A stretch of DNA of 64,000 nt from a virus, in IMG/VR virus record IMGVR_UViG_3300040781_000091, positions 10,179 to 74,178 of that record; one strand, written 5' to 3'. A program made the position numbers and the translations under genes. Positions 27,221 to 37,825 of this stretch are shown piece after piece; within the stretch, counting starts at the first letter, position 1; every line of letters begins with the position of its first letter. The notes below the pieces were generated by a model. That model was given only the letters and a program-made list of their open reading frames with translations, was not told the DNA's origin and searched no databases.

Positions 27221-27427
27221 TTATTTCCCTTCGGTAGATTGCGATACAAATCCATTAAGTTTTTCTGCTTCTGCAAGCACTTCGTCTGTGGTTGGTGCCT
27301 TTGTTATTAGTGCAGTAGGAGCAACGGCTTCTGCTGCACACTCTGCCTCTTTTTGTCCTCTAACAATTCTATATGCTAGTTCAAGCAAATCTAAACGTAT
27401 TTCGTACGGTGTCTTTCCGTTTTTCAT
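27221..27427 (-). CDS. Small conserved phage protein
   Basis: KTPYEIRLDLL...PT.DEVLAEAEKLN.FVS. Confidence 0.7.
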   Translation of the reverse strand: MKNGKTPYEIRLDLLELAYRIVRGQKEAECAAEAVAPTALITKAPTTDEVLAEAEKLNGFVSQSTEGK

Positions 27428-27496
27428 TATTATTATTCCGTATATATTGTGATTGTGTTTGCAATTATATATTTAAATTATATAAATTGCAAGTGT

Positions 27497-27814
27497 TTAT
27501 GCAATTATCTTTTTAGGTTGTGGTACTACAAGATCAGATGTTGCAGATGCATATGCAGACTTAACATCTTTTTCTGGTGCGAAGTGCCCGGAGATTCCCG
27601 AACGGTATAGAACTACATCTGTTTTTGGCTCTGCCATCATCATCATCGGACCAAATGCTACTCCTTCTGGAGTCTGCATTAATTGCAAAGGCGCATGAAC
27701 TACGACCTCCGTGTCGCTGACAGAAAGCACCTTGCAAATAATTTCTCTACCCGAATTCAATAAAAGGCATACTGTTTCGTTTTCTTTTAACTGTGGTGTG
27801 TTTTGTATTAACAT
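27497..27814 (-). CDS. Hypothetical protein, possible Sm-like fold
   Basis: LLLNSGREII, beta-rich, follows nrdB. Confidence 0.6.
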   Translation of the reverse strand: MLIQNTPQLKENETVCLLLNSGREIICKVLSVSDTEVVVHAPLQLMQTPEGVAFGPMMMMAEPKTDVVLYRSGISGHFAPEKDVKSAYASATSDLVVPQPKKIIA

Positions 27815-28950
27815 TATAATTTTAATCCTGCAAATGTATCGCTACCGATATCGTTATTGATACCCCCGATGAGGTATGATGTGATCTCTTCTTCCTGTGG
27901 TGCTACTTGTGTATCTTTTGAACTTACCCAGTGCTCTGTCCAGGGCAAGGGGTTAGAGGGCTGATTATACGGTCCCTTTAGCCCTAATGTTCTCATGCGC
28001 TTATTAGCGATAAACTGAACATATTCTTTTAGGATATCTGCGTTTAATCCTACAATCGAACCCTTACTAAACAGATACTCTGCCCACTGTTCTTCTTGCA
28101 GTACTGCGTCAGCGAACATGTCATAAACTTGCGGTTCACATTCTGCTGCAATTTGTGCCATCAGCGGACCTTCGCTACCATCTCTCCACTTCTTCAAAAT
28201 ATGCGAAGTAATGGCTAGGTGTAAATTCTCGTCCCGGCAGATCATTTTAATGATCTTTGCAGACTTTTCCATGATGTGCATCGACTCAGCGAACGCCCAG
28301 GTACATGCAAAGCTCACATAGAATCGAACACCCTCTAATATATTAATTGCAACCATCAATAGATACAATTTTGTCTTTAGCTCGTGTTCGTCGACTACAA
28401 TAGTATCTCCGTTTACTTTGTGAGTTCCGAATCCTAACATATTATACCAATTAGCATACTCGATAAAGTCGTCGTAATACTTTGTGACTGCTTGGGCTCG
28501 TTCGATAATCGGCTCTATGTCTAATATGCCGTCTAGCATCTTACTAGGATCATTATAAATTCCACGAATAATGTGCGTGTACGAACGAGAATGAATTGTT
28601 TCTACAAAGCTCCAGGTTTCGATTAATGTTTCTAGCTCCGGCAAGGAACAATGCGGCAACAGTGCAACACTCGGTGCTCTGCCCTGAACACTGTCTAACA
28701 ATATCTGGTAATACAGATTGCTAGTAAATATGTGCTGGCCACCTTCCGACAATTGCTTATGGAAGTTTGCAGCATCCTGATTCATTGAAATTTCCTCAGG
28801 TACCCAGAAGAAGCTCATTTGCTTGCGTATTTGCTTCTCAAAGAAGTCATATTTCTGTTTATCGTATCTAGCTACGTTAACGGGTGCCCCGAAGAACATC
28901 GGCTCTTTAGTTGCGTCATTTTTGGCTAAATTAAACGTCTTAAACTTCAT
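27814..28950 (-). CDS. nrdB: Ribonucleotide reductase class Ia beta subunit
   Basis: FFWVPEE, LLDSVQ, ETIHSRSY, EGVRFYVSF, DENLH. Confidence 0.97.
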   Translation of the reverse strand: MKFKTFNLAKNDATKEPMFFGAPVNVARYDKQKYDFFEKQIRKQMSFFWVPEEISMNQDAANFHKQLSEGGQHIFTSNLYYQILLDSVQGRAPSVALLPHCSLPELETLIETWSFVETIHSRSYTHIIRGIYNDPSKMLDGILDIEPIIERAQAVTKYYDDFIEYANWYNMLGFGTHKVNGDTIVVDEHELKTKLYLLMVAINILEGVRFYVSFACTWAFAESMHIMEKSAKIIKMICRDENLHLAITSHILKKWRDGSEGPLMAQIAAECEPQVYDMFADAVLQEEQWAEYLFSKGSIVGLNADILKEYVQFIANKRMRTLGLKGPYNQPSNPLPWTEHWVSSKDTQVAPQEEEITSYLIGGINNDIGSDTFAGLKL

Positions 28951-31223
28951 AATTTACAGCCTCCGTCCGTGCAATCATCATCGTCATCAAACAGTATTTC
29001 GTCTGATTGTCCATCATATGTATTGCAGTAATATAATGTTTTGCCGCCGATGCGATAGAAATAGATATCGTCCTGTATCATTTTAGACATAGGAATTTCT
29101 TCGCCTGGGAAGTTTTGTGGATTGTACCAAGTGTTCGCAGAAATAGTCTGATCAAAGTATTTCTGCGAAATTGCAATCAGGTTTAAGTAACCTGTGGTGT
29201 TTGGCATATCCCAGGCTAGCTCATACTTGTTCTTCAATCTGGGATATCCGGGCACAACCTGACGTAGTCTTCCTTCGCCGGATCCCTTTACAGTAATAAA
29301 TCCACGTGGTGGCTCAAATCCGTTAGTACCATTAGCAATCTGGGCAGAAGTTTCTGCAGGCATGCCTGCTGACAACGTCGAGTTCATCATACCGTGTTCT
29401 TTCACTTGCGCTCTTAGCCAATCCCAGTCCATTTTTAAATTAGGAGCAACTACTTCTGTGTCTATGTCTCGCTTGTATGTGTCAATTGGCATAATACCCT
29501 GACTGTATTTTGTCTCATTAAACTTAGGACATGGTGCGCCTCTCTCTTTCGCTACTGTCATGCTAGCCTTAATGAGATAGTACTGGAAAGCTTCCATGAC
29601 TTCATCCCAATGTGCCACTGCGCTATTGTCCGAATACTTATAGCCATTCTTTGCTAGCCAATAAGCAAGGTTAAAAATTCCGATACCGAGTGGCCTACGA
29701 TTAAGCGTTGCGTTTTCTGCTGCGGCGACTGGATAATGCTGATAGTCCAATAACTCATTTAATGCACGGACTAGCAATTCTAACGGCTTCTCTAGATCAG
29801 CTGTTGTTTTCAGTTTGCCTAAGTTGGCAGCGGCCAATGTACACAATGCAATCTCACCGTTCGGATCGTTAGGATATTCTAACGGCTTAGTTGGTAGCGT
29901 AATCTCAGCACACAAATTAGACATTCTAACAGGAGCCACTGCTTCTAAGAAACTGCTGTGGGTGTTTGCATGATCTACATTGAGTTTGTAGATACGACCT
30001 GTTTCTTTTCGCTGGGTATGGTACAAAGCAAACAACTCTGCTGCTGGAATAGATTTCTTAGTTATGCTTGTTTTTCTTTCATACATCTCATACAGTTCAC
30101 GAAACTTTGCTTGATCATTGAAGAACGCCTCGTGCATATCAGTTACTTCGTGCGGACTAAACAATGTAATGTTCTCACCCTTAATCAATCTTTCATACAT
30201 CAAGCCATTAAACTGAATACCATAATCCATATGGCGTACTGCGGTTTCTTCTGTTCTTGTGTTGCTGCGAAGTGTTAAAATGTTTTCGATTTCTAAATGC
30301 CACAGAGGAGCATATAGTGTTGCTGCTCCGCCCCGAACGCCACCTTGGCTACAGGACTTAACTGCTGCCTGGAATAGACGATAGAAAGGCTGAATGCCAG
30401 TGTGTCGTGTGTCGCCACCGCGGATCTCAGAGTCAACTGCTCTAATATGTCCGCCCTCGATGCCAATTCCCGCCTTACGACTAATGTAATCGACGATTGC
30501 AGTAGTGGTGGCGTTAATAGATCCTAAAGAATCGCCACATTCAATTAACACACAAGAACTAAACTGCTTCACTTTAGTACGCATGCCTGCCATAATAGGA
30601 GTTGGCAGAGAAATATCGCCTAAGCTAAGTGCATCATAAAATTCCTTTACATATTTTAGTCTTGTTTCAGCAGGATAACGATGAAACATTACTGCCGAAA
30701 TTAGCATATTCAGATACTGGGGAGTCTCGTATACTTCTTTTGTTACTCTATTCTGTACTAAATATTTGCCATGGAACTGTTCCATGCCTGCAAACGAGTG
30801 ACTAAAGTCCCTCTGATGATCAATGACTGTATCTAAATATTCCCAATCTGCATCCGAGTACCACTCGAACAATTCCGGAGTGTAATACTTTAGTTCGATG
30901 TTTCGCTGTATTAGTTTCTTGAGTGGCCAAGGATCAAATTGCCCTAGTGCTTCTTTTCGTAATTGGAAAAGTCTAAGACGAGCTGCTACCCACTGATAAT
31001 TTGGCGTGTCCTCGGAGATCAACTCATGAGCTGTTGCAATCATTATCTCATGGATCTCGTCGGTAGGTATACCTGGGTATAGCTGAAGTTGTGATTTTGT
31101 CTCTATCTGCGAAACCGAAACACCACTAACGTCTTCGGTGGCCCAGAAAAGTATTTTATGTATTTTGTCGGGGTCGAATAATTCTTTTTCACCATCCCGC
31201 TTGGTTACCAGTATTTGCTTCAT
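28947..31223 (-). CDS. nrdA: Ribonucleotide reductase class Ia alpha subunit
   Basis: ATP cone VTKRDG, QFSSCVL, SNLCAEI, KTLYY, C-terminal CTDGGC; no intein or intron evident. Confidence 0.98.
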   Translation of the reverse strand: MKQILVTKRDGEKELFDPDKIHKILFWATEDVSGVSVSQIETKSQLQLYPGIPTDEIHEIMIATAHELISEDTPNYQWVAARLRLFQLRKEALGQFDPWPLKKLIQRNIELKYYTPELFEWYSDADWEYLDTVIDHQRDFSHSFAGMEQFHGKYLVQNRVTKEVYETPQYLNMLISAVMFHRYPAETRLKYVKEFYDALSLGDISLPTPIMAGMRTKVKQFSSCVLIECGDSLGSINATTTAIVDYISRKAGIGIEGGHIRAVDSEIRGGDTRHTGIQPFYRLFQAAVKSCSQGGVRGGAATLYAPLWHLEIENILTLRSNTRTEETAVRHMDYGIQFNGLMYERLIKGENITLFSPHEVTDMHEAFFNDQAKFRELYEMYERKTSITKKSIPAAELFALYHTQRKETGRIYKLNVDHANTHSSFLEAVAPVRMSNLCAEITLPTKPLEYPNDPNGEIALCTLAAANLGKLKTTADLEKPLELLVRALNELLDYQHYPVAAAENATLNRRPLGIGIFNLAYWLAKNGYKYSDNSAVAHWDEVMEAFQYYLIKASMTVAKERGAPCPKFNETKYSQGIMPIDTYKRDIDTEVVAPNLKMDWDWLRAQVKEHGMMNSTLSAGMPAETSAQIANGTNGFEPPRGFITVKGSGEGRLRQVVPGYPRLKNKYELAWDMPNTTGYLNLIAISQKYFDQTISANTWYNPQNFPGEEIPMSKMIQDDIYFYRIGGKTLYYCNTYDGQSDEILFDDDDDCTDGGCKL

Positions 31224-31235
31224 TCACTTTCCTTG

Positions 31236-31676
31236 TTATGATATTTTTTTTATTTGTTCGTTGTATTTGCACACAACCTGTGTATTCTTCGAAAGCTCTT
31301 GCCATGTACTTATCGCGCCCAATTCGTAATTCAAAACATATTGACCGTCTGCTACTACTATCAGAAATCTATCTTCCTTTGTGTCCACTAACCATATTTC
31401 TGTTTCTAATTCAAACTGAGGCAGAAGCACCAATGTATAGTAGATTAAAAGACTAATCGAGTTCTGACAGAATGTTCGGTGGTATAATATTTCCCAAGGA
31501 TCAGGCCATGATTCCGGAGTATAATAATCTAGGCTCCGGCTGCCAATTGGTGTCCTTGCAAAAAATTCTGCAACTCTGTTTAATTGCTCTTGTGTTGTTA
31601 GATTTTTTATTTCATCTCTGAACGTTTTCCAGAGCGACAAACGTTGCTCCGGAAAAGAAGCTTGATCTGTTAGCAT
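31236..31676 (-). CDS. Hypothetical protein, possibly degenerate transglutaminase-like cysteine peptidase
   Basis: W.DPWEIL...FCQN...YYTL...VLNY resembles BTLCP/LapG; catalytic His not evident. Confidence 0.4.
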   Translation of the reverse strand: MLTDQASFPEQRLSLWKTFRDEIKNLTTQEQLNRVAEFFARTPIGSRSLDYYTPESWPDPWEILYHRTFCQNSISLLIYYTLVLLPQFELETEIWLVDTKEDRFLIVVADGQYVLNYELGAISTWQELSKNTQVVCKYNEQIKKIS

Positions 31677-31718
31677 GTGCCAACCTTTAACTATGTGTTA
31701 TGTGTTTGTTGTATTTAG

Positions 31719-32723
31719 TTAAAAACTTAACCAGCGACGAGTGTTAGTAGTAAAGGTCATCGTCGGCACTGGAAAAGAAGTAATGTATTCTACAGCAAGA
31801 GTTGTTCCGCTTACAACTGCACGGAATTCAACAGTAATGCTATCTCCGCTAGTATCGATATCTGTGCCAGAATCTATTAAACTAGCAGTCGTACCATCAG
31901 TAGTAATATGTAATGTTCCTACTTTTGTGTATTCTGTCGGTGCATTTGTGATGTCGTATAGACTATAATCAACTACAAATGCATCTGCAGATGTTAGCTG
32001 AAAAGTAAACCCGGAAATCGGTGTCCATGTAGCTACACTAGGCGGCAACGTAAAACGTATGCCTGGCATAAGAATATTACTATTGTCGCCGCCACCACCA
32101 CCGCTGACCTGAGTAGTTTCTGTGTAGATCTCTACGTTTTGTCTTACGGTAACAAGACCCGGACGATTCATCGTTACCGGTTCTTCGAATACAAAGTTCA
32201 TTACTTCAGCAGCGGCGCCGGCATATTGTACTGTATAGATGTTATCATCCATCACTAGAGCAACAGCGCCACTAACGACAACAAACTCATTTGTCGGGTT
32301 ACCCAAGGGGTCGCCGAACCAACGTGCAGGGCCCTGAGTTATTGTTGGAATAGTTCCGGGTGGCGTGAAATAACCAAGAAAGGACATGCCACTAGTAGGA
32401 ACACCCTGAGTATCGTATTCGTATGCAGTAACTACAATGTCGGCACCATATTCGCCGTCTAATACAGGAGTGTTAACATCTGTTAGTGTAACCTGAATAA
32501 CTTGTGTCTGGGCAACACTATTCGCATATAGCATTGACTGAGTATCTGGTGTAAAAGTTTCTATAACTGGCGAAATTACGCTGTTAATGTTGTCTGGGTC
32601 TGCACCAATAAACAACTGCAACGTATCGAGACAGAATCCTAATTCACCCGGCAACAGAGGTTGCGGCAAATCTCTACGTAATCCCCTGCGATTTTCAATT
32701 TTAGCAACTATGACATCAGACAT
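31719..32723 (-). CDS. Virion structural (fibre/baseplate-associated) protein
   Basis: RRG..DLPQPL.PGELG..DT.QLFIG N-terminal motif typical of phage fibre proteins; GATAAATA at 32748-32755. Confidence 0.7.
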   Translation of the reverse strand: MSDVIVAKIENRRGLRRDLPQPLLPGELGFCLDTLQLFIGADPDNINSVISPVIETFTPDTQSMLYANSVAQTQVIQVTLTDVNTPVLDGEYGADIVVTAYEYDTQGVPTSGMSFLGYFTPPGTIPTITQGPARWFGDPLGNPTNEFVVVSGAVALVMDDNIYTVQYAGAAAEVMNFVFEEPVTMNRPGLVTVRQNVEIYTETTQVSGGGGGDNSNILMPGIRFTLPPSVATWTPISGFTFQLTSADAFVVDYSLYDITNAPTEYTKVGTLHITTDGTTASLIDSGTDIDTSGDSITVEFRAVVSGTTLAVEYITSFPVPTMTFTTNTRRWLSF

Positions 32724-32753
32724 GTACCTTTCCTCAAACTTTTCATGTATTTA

Positions 32754-33422
32754 TCATAATCCGAACTTCTCGTAATATGTATATAATCGCTCATACCACT
32801 TAGTCACGTACGAGTCATATTCTTCACCTTCGATAATAAACTCCAGGTAGTGTCCGGTATGACATCCCATCATCACTACACCTTTTCGGATATTAGTTCC
32901 GAACATTTGATTATGGGATTCGCCGTATGCTGCTAATTGGCAGAAATAATCTTCAACCCACGCTCTTTGCTTATATTTACGTGAGTTTTTAAAATCCATT
33001 ATGGCCGGAGTGCCTTTGTGTACACCTACGAGATCTGTTGTTCCTGCGTACAGCTCGGAAGAATACAGTCCCACCTCTGTTCCCCATACTTCGTCGACAT
33101 TACACAGACCACGTTTAATAACGAGATCAGTAAGGATGCGCGTCAACATATTGCCCTTTGCCTTTGCACCGGTCAAGATATACTGTTCCAAGTTATCGTG
33201 TAGCTGATTTCCGATTGTAGTTGCTTGTTCTACAATTTTGTTTGCTTCTTCCTCGCCAATGCTGTCTCTCCATTTTACTAGGAAAGACTTGTCTGCGGTT
33301 TCACCGAGGATAGTTGTTACGCTTGGAAGAGAACGAGCCTCGCCGACGTCATAATGTCGTATGCCGTTTGGTAGTGTTGTTCTCCCGTATTCTTTATAGT
33401 TATAGGGATTAGTTAGAATCAT
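32754..33422 (-). CDS. PD-(D/E)XK (Cas4/RecB-like) exonuclease
   Basis: PSVTTIL, G..LH, YAGTTD, IMDFKNS, QLAAY. Confidence 0.9.
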   Translation of the reverse strand: MILTNPYNYKEYGRTTLPNGIRHYDVGEARSLPSVTTILGETADKSFLVKWRDSIGEEEANKIVEQATTIGNQLHDNLEQYILTGAKAKGNMLTRILTDLVIKRGLCNVDEVWGTEVGLYSSELYAGTTDLVGVHKGTPAIMDFKNSRKYKQRAWVEDYFCQLAAYGESHNQMFGTNIRKGVVMMGCHTGHYLEFIIEGEEYDSYVTKWYERLYTYYEKFGL

Positions 33423-33428
33423 TGCAGC

Positions 33429-33457
33429 ATTATATAATAAAAACTCGGAAAAGTCAA
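33429..33457 (-). promoter_or_regulatory. sigma70-type promoter (probably leaderless transcript)
   Basis: TTGACT-17-TATAAT ending 6 nt before ATG 33422. Confidence 0.7.
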
Positions 33458-33470
33458 GTCAATATTTATA

Positions 33471-34625
33471 TCAGCACCAGCAGATTTCCCACTCGATTGT
33501 TCCATTCTCAGTAGGTCTAACCTGAATCATATATCCGAGATTAGTAAAGTATGCCAGTACCTGCTCTATTTGATCTTTTATGTTGCAATCGTCTAATTCG
33601 CCCATAACAACAAGATAATACGCATATGGGTCAGTCCCATACGGATTAGAATTCACAACTACATCAACTGTTGCGCCGTTTCCGCTCGAAGTCGGCGCAG
33701 GTATTACTGCTGCTGTTGTAGTGTCATCGTAGTTTGCTCCTGCGCTCACTACTTCGACACTTAAAAGTTCACCAGTGAGATCATCTACAGTAGGTAGCGC
33801 AACTGCGCCTGTGCCGAATCCGGTAATCTCAATGTAAGGAAGAATTGGACTGTAGAGTATTCCACCGTCCTGTACCGATACACCGGTAATTGCACCGGTC
33901 CCATCTACAGCCACTTCGCCAACAAATCCCTGTCCTACGGGATGATTGATTGCTATCTGTGCTGTAATCGGTTGATAGTTTTCTCCACCGTCGCTAACGC
34001 CAACTGTTAAGATTTCGCCCCCGCTACCAACAGACTGAATAAACAAGGACGCGCCTGTACCGTCCGGATGTGTTACTGTTATAGGTGATGCAGTAGTATA
34101 GTTGAAACCCGGATTAACAACAACTACGTCTGTTATTGCACCTGTAATGCTATCAACAACTAACGAAAGAACTGCTGTAGTGGACCCTGGCTGCCCTACG
34201 ACTGCTTGTGCTAAAATAGGATCATACCCAGTACCACCTGCTGTTACTGTGATACTTTCTATTACCCCGCTCGGATACACAACAACATCTGCCGTTGCTC
34301 CTGTGCCTGGCGCGCCAGTAGGTCCGGTAAAGGTAGCTGTAGCAATTACAGGAAAGTAATCTATCCCAGGAGCAGTTACATTAATTGCAGTAACTCCTGC
34401 TGCCCAAGTCATCGGGGTGGCTCCACTCATTGTAACACAGAACGCGCCGTTCTTTCTTACACAAGTCATTGTGTTGGTATCTAGTTCGCAGTTTGGAGTA
34501 GTTGCCGCTAAGATTCCTTGCTGTATCGCACAAACCTCAGAAAAGATAATCTTGTTATCTCTCGCTAAGAGTTTGGCAGTACTTGCGTCTGGAAATGTAA
34601 CACTACTATTGCAATTCGTTGCCAT
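33471..34625 (-). CDS. Virion structural protein with tandem G.GA.A...I..V..GG.GY repeats
   Basis: About six beta-rich repeats of a type common in T4-like baseplate/tail proteins. Confidence 0.7.
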   Translation of the reverse strand: MATNCNSSVTFPDASTAKLLARDNKIIFSEVCAIQQGILAATTPNCELDTNTMTCVRKNGAFCVTMSGATPMTWAAGVTAINVTAPGIDYFPVIATATFTGPTGAPGTGATADVVVYPSGVIESITVTAGGTGYDPILAQAVVGQPGSTTAVLSLVVDSITGAITDVVVVNPGFNYTTASPITVTHPDGTGASLFIQSVGSGGEILTVGVSDGGENYQPITAQIAINHPVGQGFVGEVAVDGTGAITGVSVQDGGILYSPILPYIEITGFGTGAVALPTVDDLTGELLSVEVVSAGANYDDTTTAAVIPAPTSSGNGATVDVVVNSNPYGTDPYAYYLVVMGELDDCNIKDQIEQVLAYFTNLGYMIQVRPTENGTIEWEICWC

Positions 34626-34648
34626 CTACTCTTATCCCCTAACTGTTT

Positions 34649-34972
34649 TTAAATATCAACTGCGTCTTGCGCCATCTGCGAGACTCTTTCTTTATTTTCT
34701 TCTTCTGCTTCTCTATCGCCGCTTTGTGCTGCTACATCGTCTGGCTTTAAATTCACTTGTTCGGGTGTTGCTGTTTGAACAAACGGATTGCCATTTAAAA
34801 TGGTCATAATTGAATTATTATTTACATTGTGTCCCATAGCCTGAAGTTGAGTTACCAATAACTCCGTAGGTACATCAGACATGCCACGGCCTTTGGCCGC
34901 AGCAAGTAGGTCTTGTAAATCAACTTCTAGCTGTTCGCCATAGCCCTCAACTAGAATTTCAATTGCTCTCAT
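34649..34972 (-). CDS. Putative head protein with leader MRAIEILVE
   Basis: Leader motif, late operon. Confidence 0.6.
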   Translation of the reverse strand: MRAIEILVEGYGEQLEVDLQDLLAAAKGRGMSDVPTELLVTQLQAMGHNVNNNSIMTILNGNPFVQTATPEQVNLKPDDVAAQSGDREAEEENKERVSQMAQDAVDI

Positions 34973-36303
34973 TACGCAGTTTCTTTTAACGCCTTTGCAC
35001 TAGCAAGAAGCTTTTTCATTTCTGCAATTTTCTTCTTCATGTTCTCTGCAGATTCTTTCTTAGCGCGGCCAAGTGGCTCGTCGTCTGGGCCACTCGCTGC
35101 TGGGTCGCCACCGAATTCATCTTCTATATCTAGATCAATTTCTGCATCGCCTAGATCTGAATCTAGGTCGCCGCCTAGTTCTGCTCCGAGGTCACCTGCA
35201 AGTTCATCGCCTGCAATTTCGGTGTCCATGTCCACGTCGGCAGCTAAGTCGCCAGCGCCGCTTGCCATCTTAGTGACGGTAGCATCGACTTCGTCTTTCG
35301 ACTGATAAAGCGAATCCATAACTGTCTGAAGTGCAGCATTTGTGGTGTTTTGAAAATTAGATGCAATATTAGGACCGTACGTATCACGTACTTGATCTGA
35401 CAAAGGAGGAAGATCTTCGTTCTGTAGGCGACCAATCTTCTCAATCATATCTTGAATAGTCTTGCCAATGCCTTTTACAGCAATAATAATCTCTGCTTCG
35501 TCAACTTCCGACTCTAACAAAGCTCGTAGCTGTCTTACAAAATTTTCTCTCATTTCGGTCTTCCTCTTTGGTATTTGTTTGCTTCTTGCTATTTTTTGTC
35601 TGTTATATGCAGTCTGACCTTGCATAGTTTCTATGCCTTGGTCTCTGTCGTCATCCGCCATTGATAATGTACTACCGTCTAGATAGCTATCAACTGCACT
35701 CTGACCCTTAGGTACCATTTTGGCACGACCGGACTTATCGAGTAGATCGTCCCATGCACTTTCATCGAATTCTGCTTCGGTTTCTGTATCGATCATACAA
35801 TCGCTAGATTCGAAAGCATGTTCCCGTTGGCCTACCTTTTCGATTGCCTTAGCACGACAATCAAAACGTACAGCTTCGTCTGGAAAACGCCACTTACTAG
35901 AACGATATTCTTTCATTGCTTGGTCACATGCATCTTCGATGTCATCACCTAACTCTAAGTTCTGTGCAACAAAATCAGACAACCAATCAATAACACGACG
36001 GTATGGACCAGAGGATGAAAAATCCTGTCTTAGCTCGTCTAAGCGTTTGTTCTCAATGAGCGACTCAACGCACTCTAGAATAAGTAAGTTTTTTGATAAT
36101 TCTGGGCAAGTTCTAGATACGCTACCGTTGATTTTGAGTTGCTGAACTGTTTCAAACACCTCATCTCTGGCTTGTTCTAATTTGCGCTGCGAAGTCTTCG
36201 GGGATATCGTTATACCATAGCGTTCGCCTAGCATACGATTTATCCGCTTAAATCGCTTAGAACTATCCTTTTTAAATTCTTCTAAAAGCATAGTAAGATC
36301 CAT
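34972..36303 (-). CDS. Putative prohead core/scaffold protein
   Basis: Repeated LxE sites (LLEE, LIEN, LLES, LKET), acidic linker, PLGRAKKES; GATAAATA at 36325-36332. Confidence 0.6.
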   Translation of the reverse strand: MDLTMLLEEFKKDSSKRFKRINRMLGERYGITISPKTSQRKLEQARDEVFETVQQLKINGSVSRTCPELSKNLLILECVESLIENKRLDELRQDFSSSGPYRRVIDWLSDFVAQNLELGDDIEDACDQAMKEYRSSKWRFPDEAVRFDCRAKAIEKVGQREHAFESSDCMIDTETEAEFDESAWDDLLDKSGRAKMVPKGQSAVDSYLDGSTLSMADDDRDQGIETMQGQTAYNRQKIARSKQIPKRKTEMRENFVRQLRALLESEVDEAEIIIAVKGIGKTIQDMIEKIGRLQNEDLPPLSDQVRDTYGPNIASNFQNTTNAALQTVMDSLYQSKDEVDATVTKMASGAGDLAADVDMDTEIAGDELAGDLGAELGGDLDSDLGDAEIDLDIEDEFGGDPAASGPDDEPLGRAKKESAENMKKKIAEMKKLLASAKALKETA

Positions 36304-36330
36304 TCCTTTATTGTGATTTTCTATTATTTA

Positions 36331-36792
36331 TCATTTTCTTGACAAACCGTCGTACATTTTCCGTATCTTAAGTTTGACATCTTTAGCATACAATCTAGCA
36401 TTTTCATATCTAGATTGCTGAATAGACATTTTATCGTAATCACCTATTGCTTTAGCATGTTTGTACGAATGTGAGAAATATGTCATATCGGTATACTGTG
36501 CAGTATACGCAGACTCTAACTTCAATACTGTTTTAACACGCTCGTGATTCTTTAATTGATGATATTTAGCTAATAAAAGTGCCGCCTCAATTAAATAAAG
36601 ATCGTCGTATAGTGTTGCCCTAGTATTTTTATCTAATACACAATATACTTTATCTTTCTTTGCTACTACTAAATTGCCTATGACCATTTCCTTTTTGCTG
36701 TTCGCAAGAGGGGACATTTTGTCGCGGGCAGAGATAATTACGTTATCTAATATTTTAGAAAAATTAGTTTTTAAGTTTTGAGTTGTGCTCAT
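36331..36792 (-). CDS. Hypothetical protein
   Basis: Operon position. Confidence 0.65.
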   Translation of the reverse strand: MSTTQNLKTNFSKILDNVIISARDKMSPLANSKKEMVIGNLVVAKKDKVYCVLDKNTRATLYDDLYLIEAALLLAKYHQLKNHERVKTVLKLESAYTAQYTDMTYFSHSYKHAKAIGDYDKMSIQQSRYENARLYAKDVKLKIRKMYDGLSRK

Positions 36793-37538
36793 TTCTTTTT
36801 CTTCTCTTTCTCTCTGCGTAATCTAGCTCGCAGTCGGTCAGTGGGTCGATGTGCTGTATTTCCTACTACAGACGGTGCGGAGGCAATTGCTCCTGCTCCT
36901 GTACTTCCAGCAGAAGCAGTTTCCTCTATTCCTGCTAGCTCTTGTAGCCGCCTAATCTCGTCGTGCTCTGCAGAGTTCTTCATAGAAACTTTCTTCGAGG
37001 CAGCAAATTGCTTACCCTTATTTACACCGCGCATAGCTGCATTCTTTACAGTACCTAAAAACGATGCGGTTTTATCTACAATACTTTTATCTTTAAGCTC
37101 GCCGGGGCCCATCATTTTATCAACTGGAACTTTAAATCTCTGGCCGTCTTCTGTCTCGACCTCGAACTCGTTGCCGATCCTGCGCTTAATTGTGACTCCG
37201 GCTTCGTTTCCTGCTGCTGTTGTAGTATATGCAGTGGTTCCGGTTTTTGCTTTTGCAGGATTAAACTTTCCAGTAACTGGGTCAAAAGGACTGTTTGGAT
37301 CTGGTGCGGTTGCTGCTTTGTTTGATTTTGCGTTTGCAGGCTCCTTGCCGGGCGTAGTGTCTACGTGATTGGTATTCATATCGATCGAAGCCTCACGTAG
37401 CTTTACATATTCAGCAAAGCTAAGATTCTTTGCAATGTCTCTTGCTTCGCTCAAAGAAACACCCCGCTCGCCCATAATAAGCGTCTCAATCTTTTCCTGC
37501 ATCTGTGCATTAATTTTACTTGCCAAATTATCTAACAT
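36789..37538 (-). CDS. Putative internal head protein
   Basis: EIRRLQELAGIEETASAGSTGAGAIA motif. Confidence 0.6.
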   Translation of the reverse strand: MLDNLASKINAQMQEKIETLIMGERGVSLSEARDIAKNLSFAEYVKLREASIDMNTNHVDTTPGKEPANAKSNKAATAPDPNSPFDPVTGKFNPAKAKTGTTAYTTTAAGNEAGVTIKRRIGNEFEVETEDGQRFKVPVDKMMGPGELKDKSIVDKTASFLGTVKNAAMRGVNKGKQFAASKKVSMKNSAEHDEIRRLQELAGIEETASAGSTGAGAIASAPSVVGNTAHRPTDRLRARLRREKEKKKK

Positions 37539-37825
37539 TACGAACTCCTATTTAATCGTTGCACACGCTTAGACGCAGGATTAAACCGCTTTGTCTTACG
37601 AGCTTTCTTGGCCATTCTAAATCCCTTAGATGCCCTAGTCTTTTTCATAGTCCGACTTTTCTTCATGTTCTTAGGCTTGCTACATTGCGCTGGATCAGAT
37701 ACAACACGACCCTTTCTCGGACCAGACATGCAACGTGTCTTACGTATGACTTTGTTGCCTGACTTAGCCCATACCCGTTTTTCGAGTAATGTATCAAAAT
37801 CTAATGTGATCTCTTCTATTAACAT
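37538..37825 (-). CDS. Basic prohead core-like protein (T4 gp68-like character)
   Basis: Acidic leader ending LLE then very Lys/Arg-rich, with 2 Cys. Confidence 0.55.
   Translation of the reverse strand: MLIEEITLDFDTLLEKRVWAKSGNKVIRKTRCMSGPRKGRVVSDPAQCSKPKNMKKSRTMKKTRASKGFRMAKKARKTKRFNPASKRVQRLNRSS

Noticed and set aside
27814-31223. Introns or inteins in nrdA/nrdB (also thyA, helicase)
   Set aside because: Proteins have normal length and contiguous motifs
3927-31223. Bacterial chromosome origin suggested by clpP, clpX, ftsH, rpsU, folE and nrdAB
   Set aside because: Genes are interleaved with phage hypotheticals, T4-like ligase/helicase/primase, late promoters and virion genes, without bacterial operon context
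32754-33422. Cas4-like nuclease as evidence of CRISPR-Cas
   Set aside because: No repeat-spacer array or other cas genes seen; standalone exonucleases of this type are common in phages
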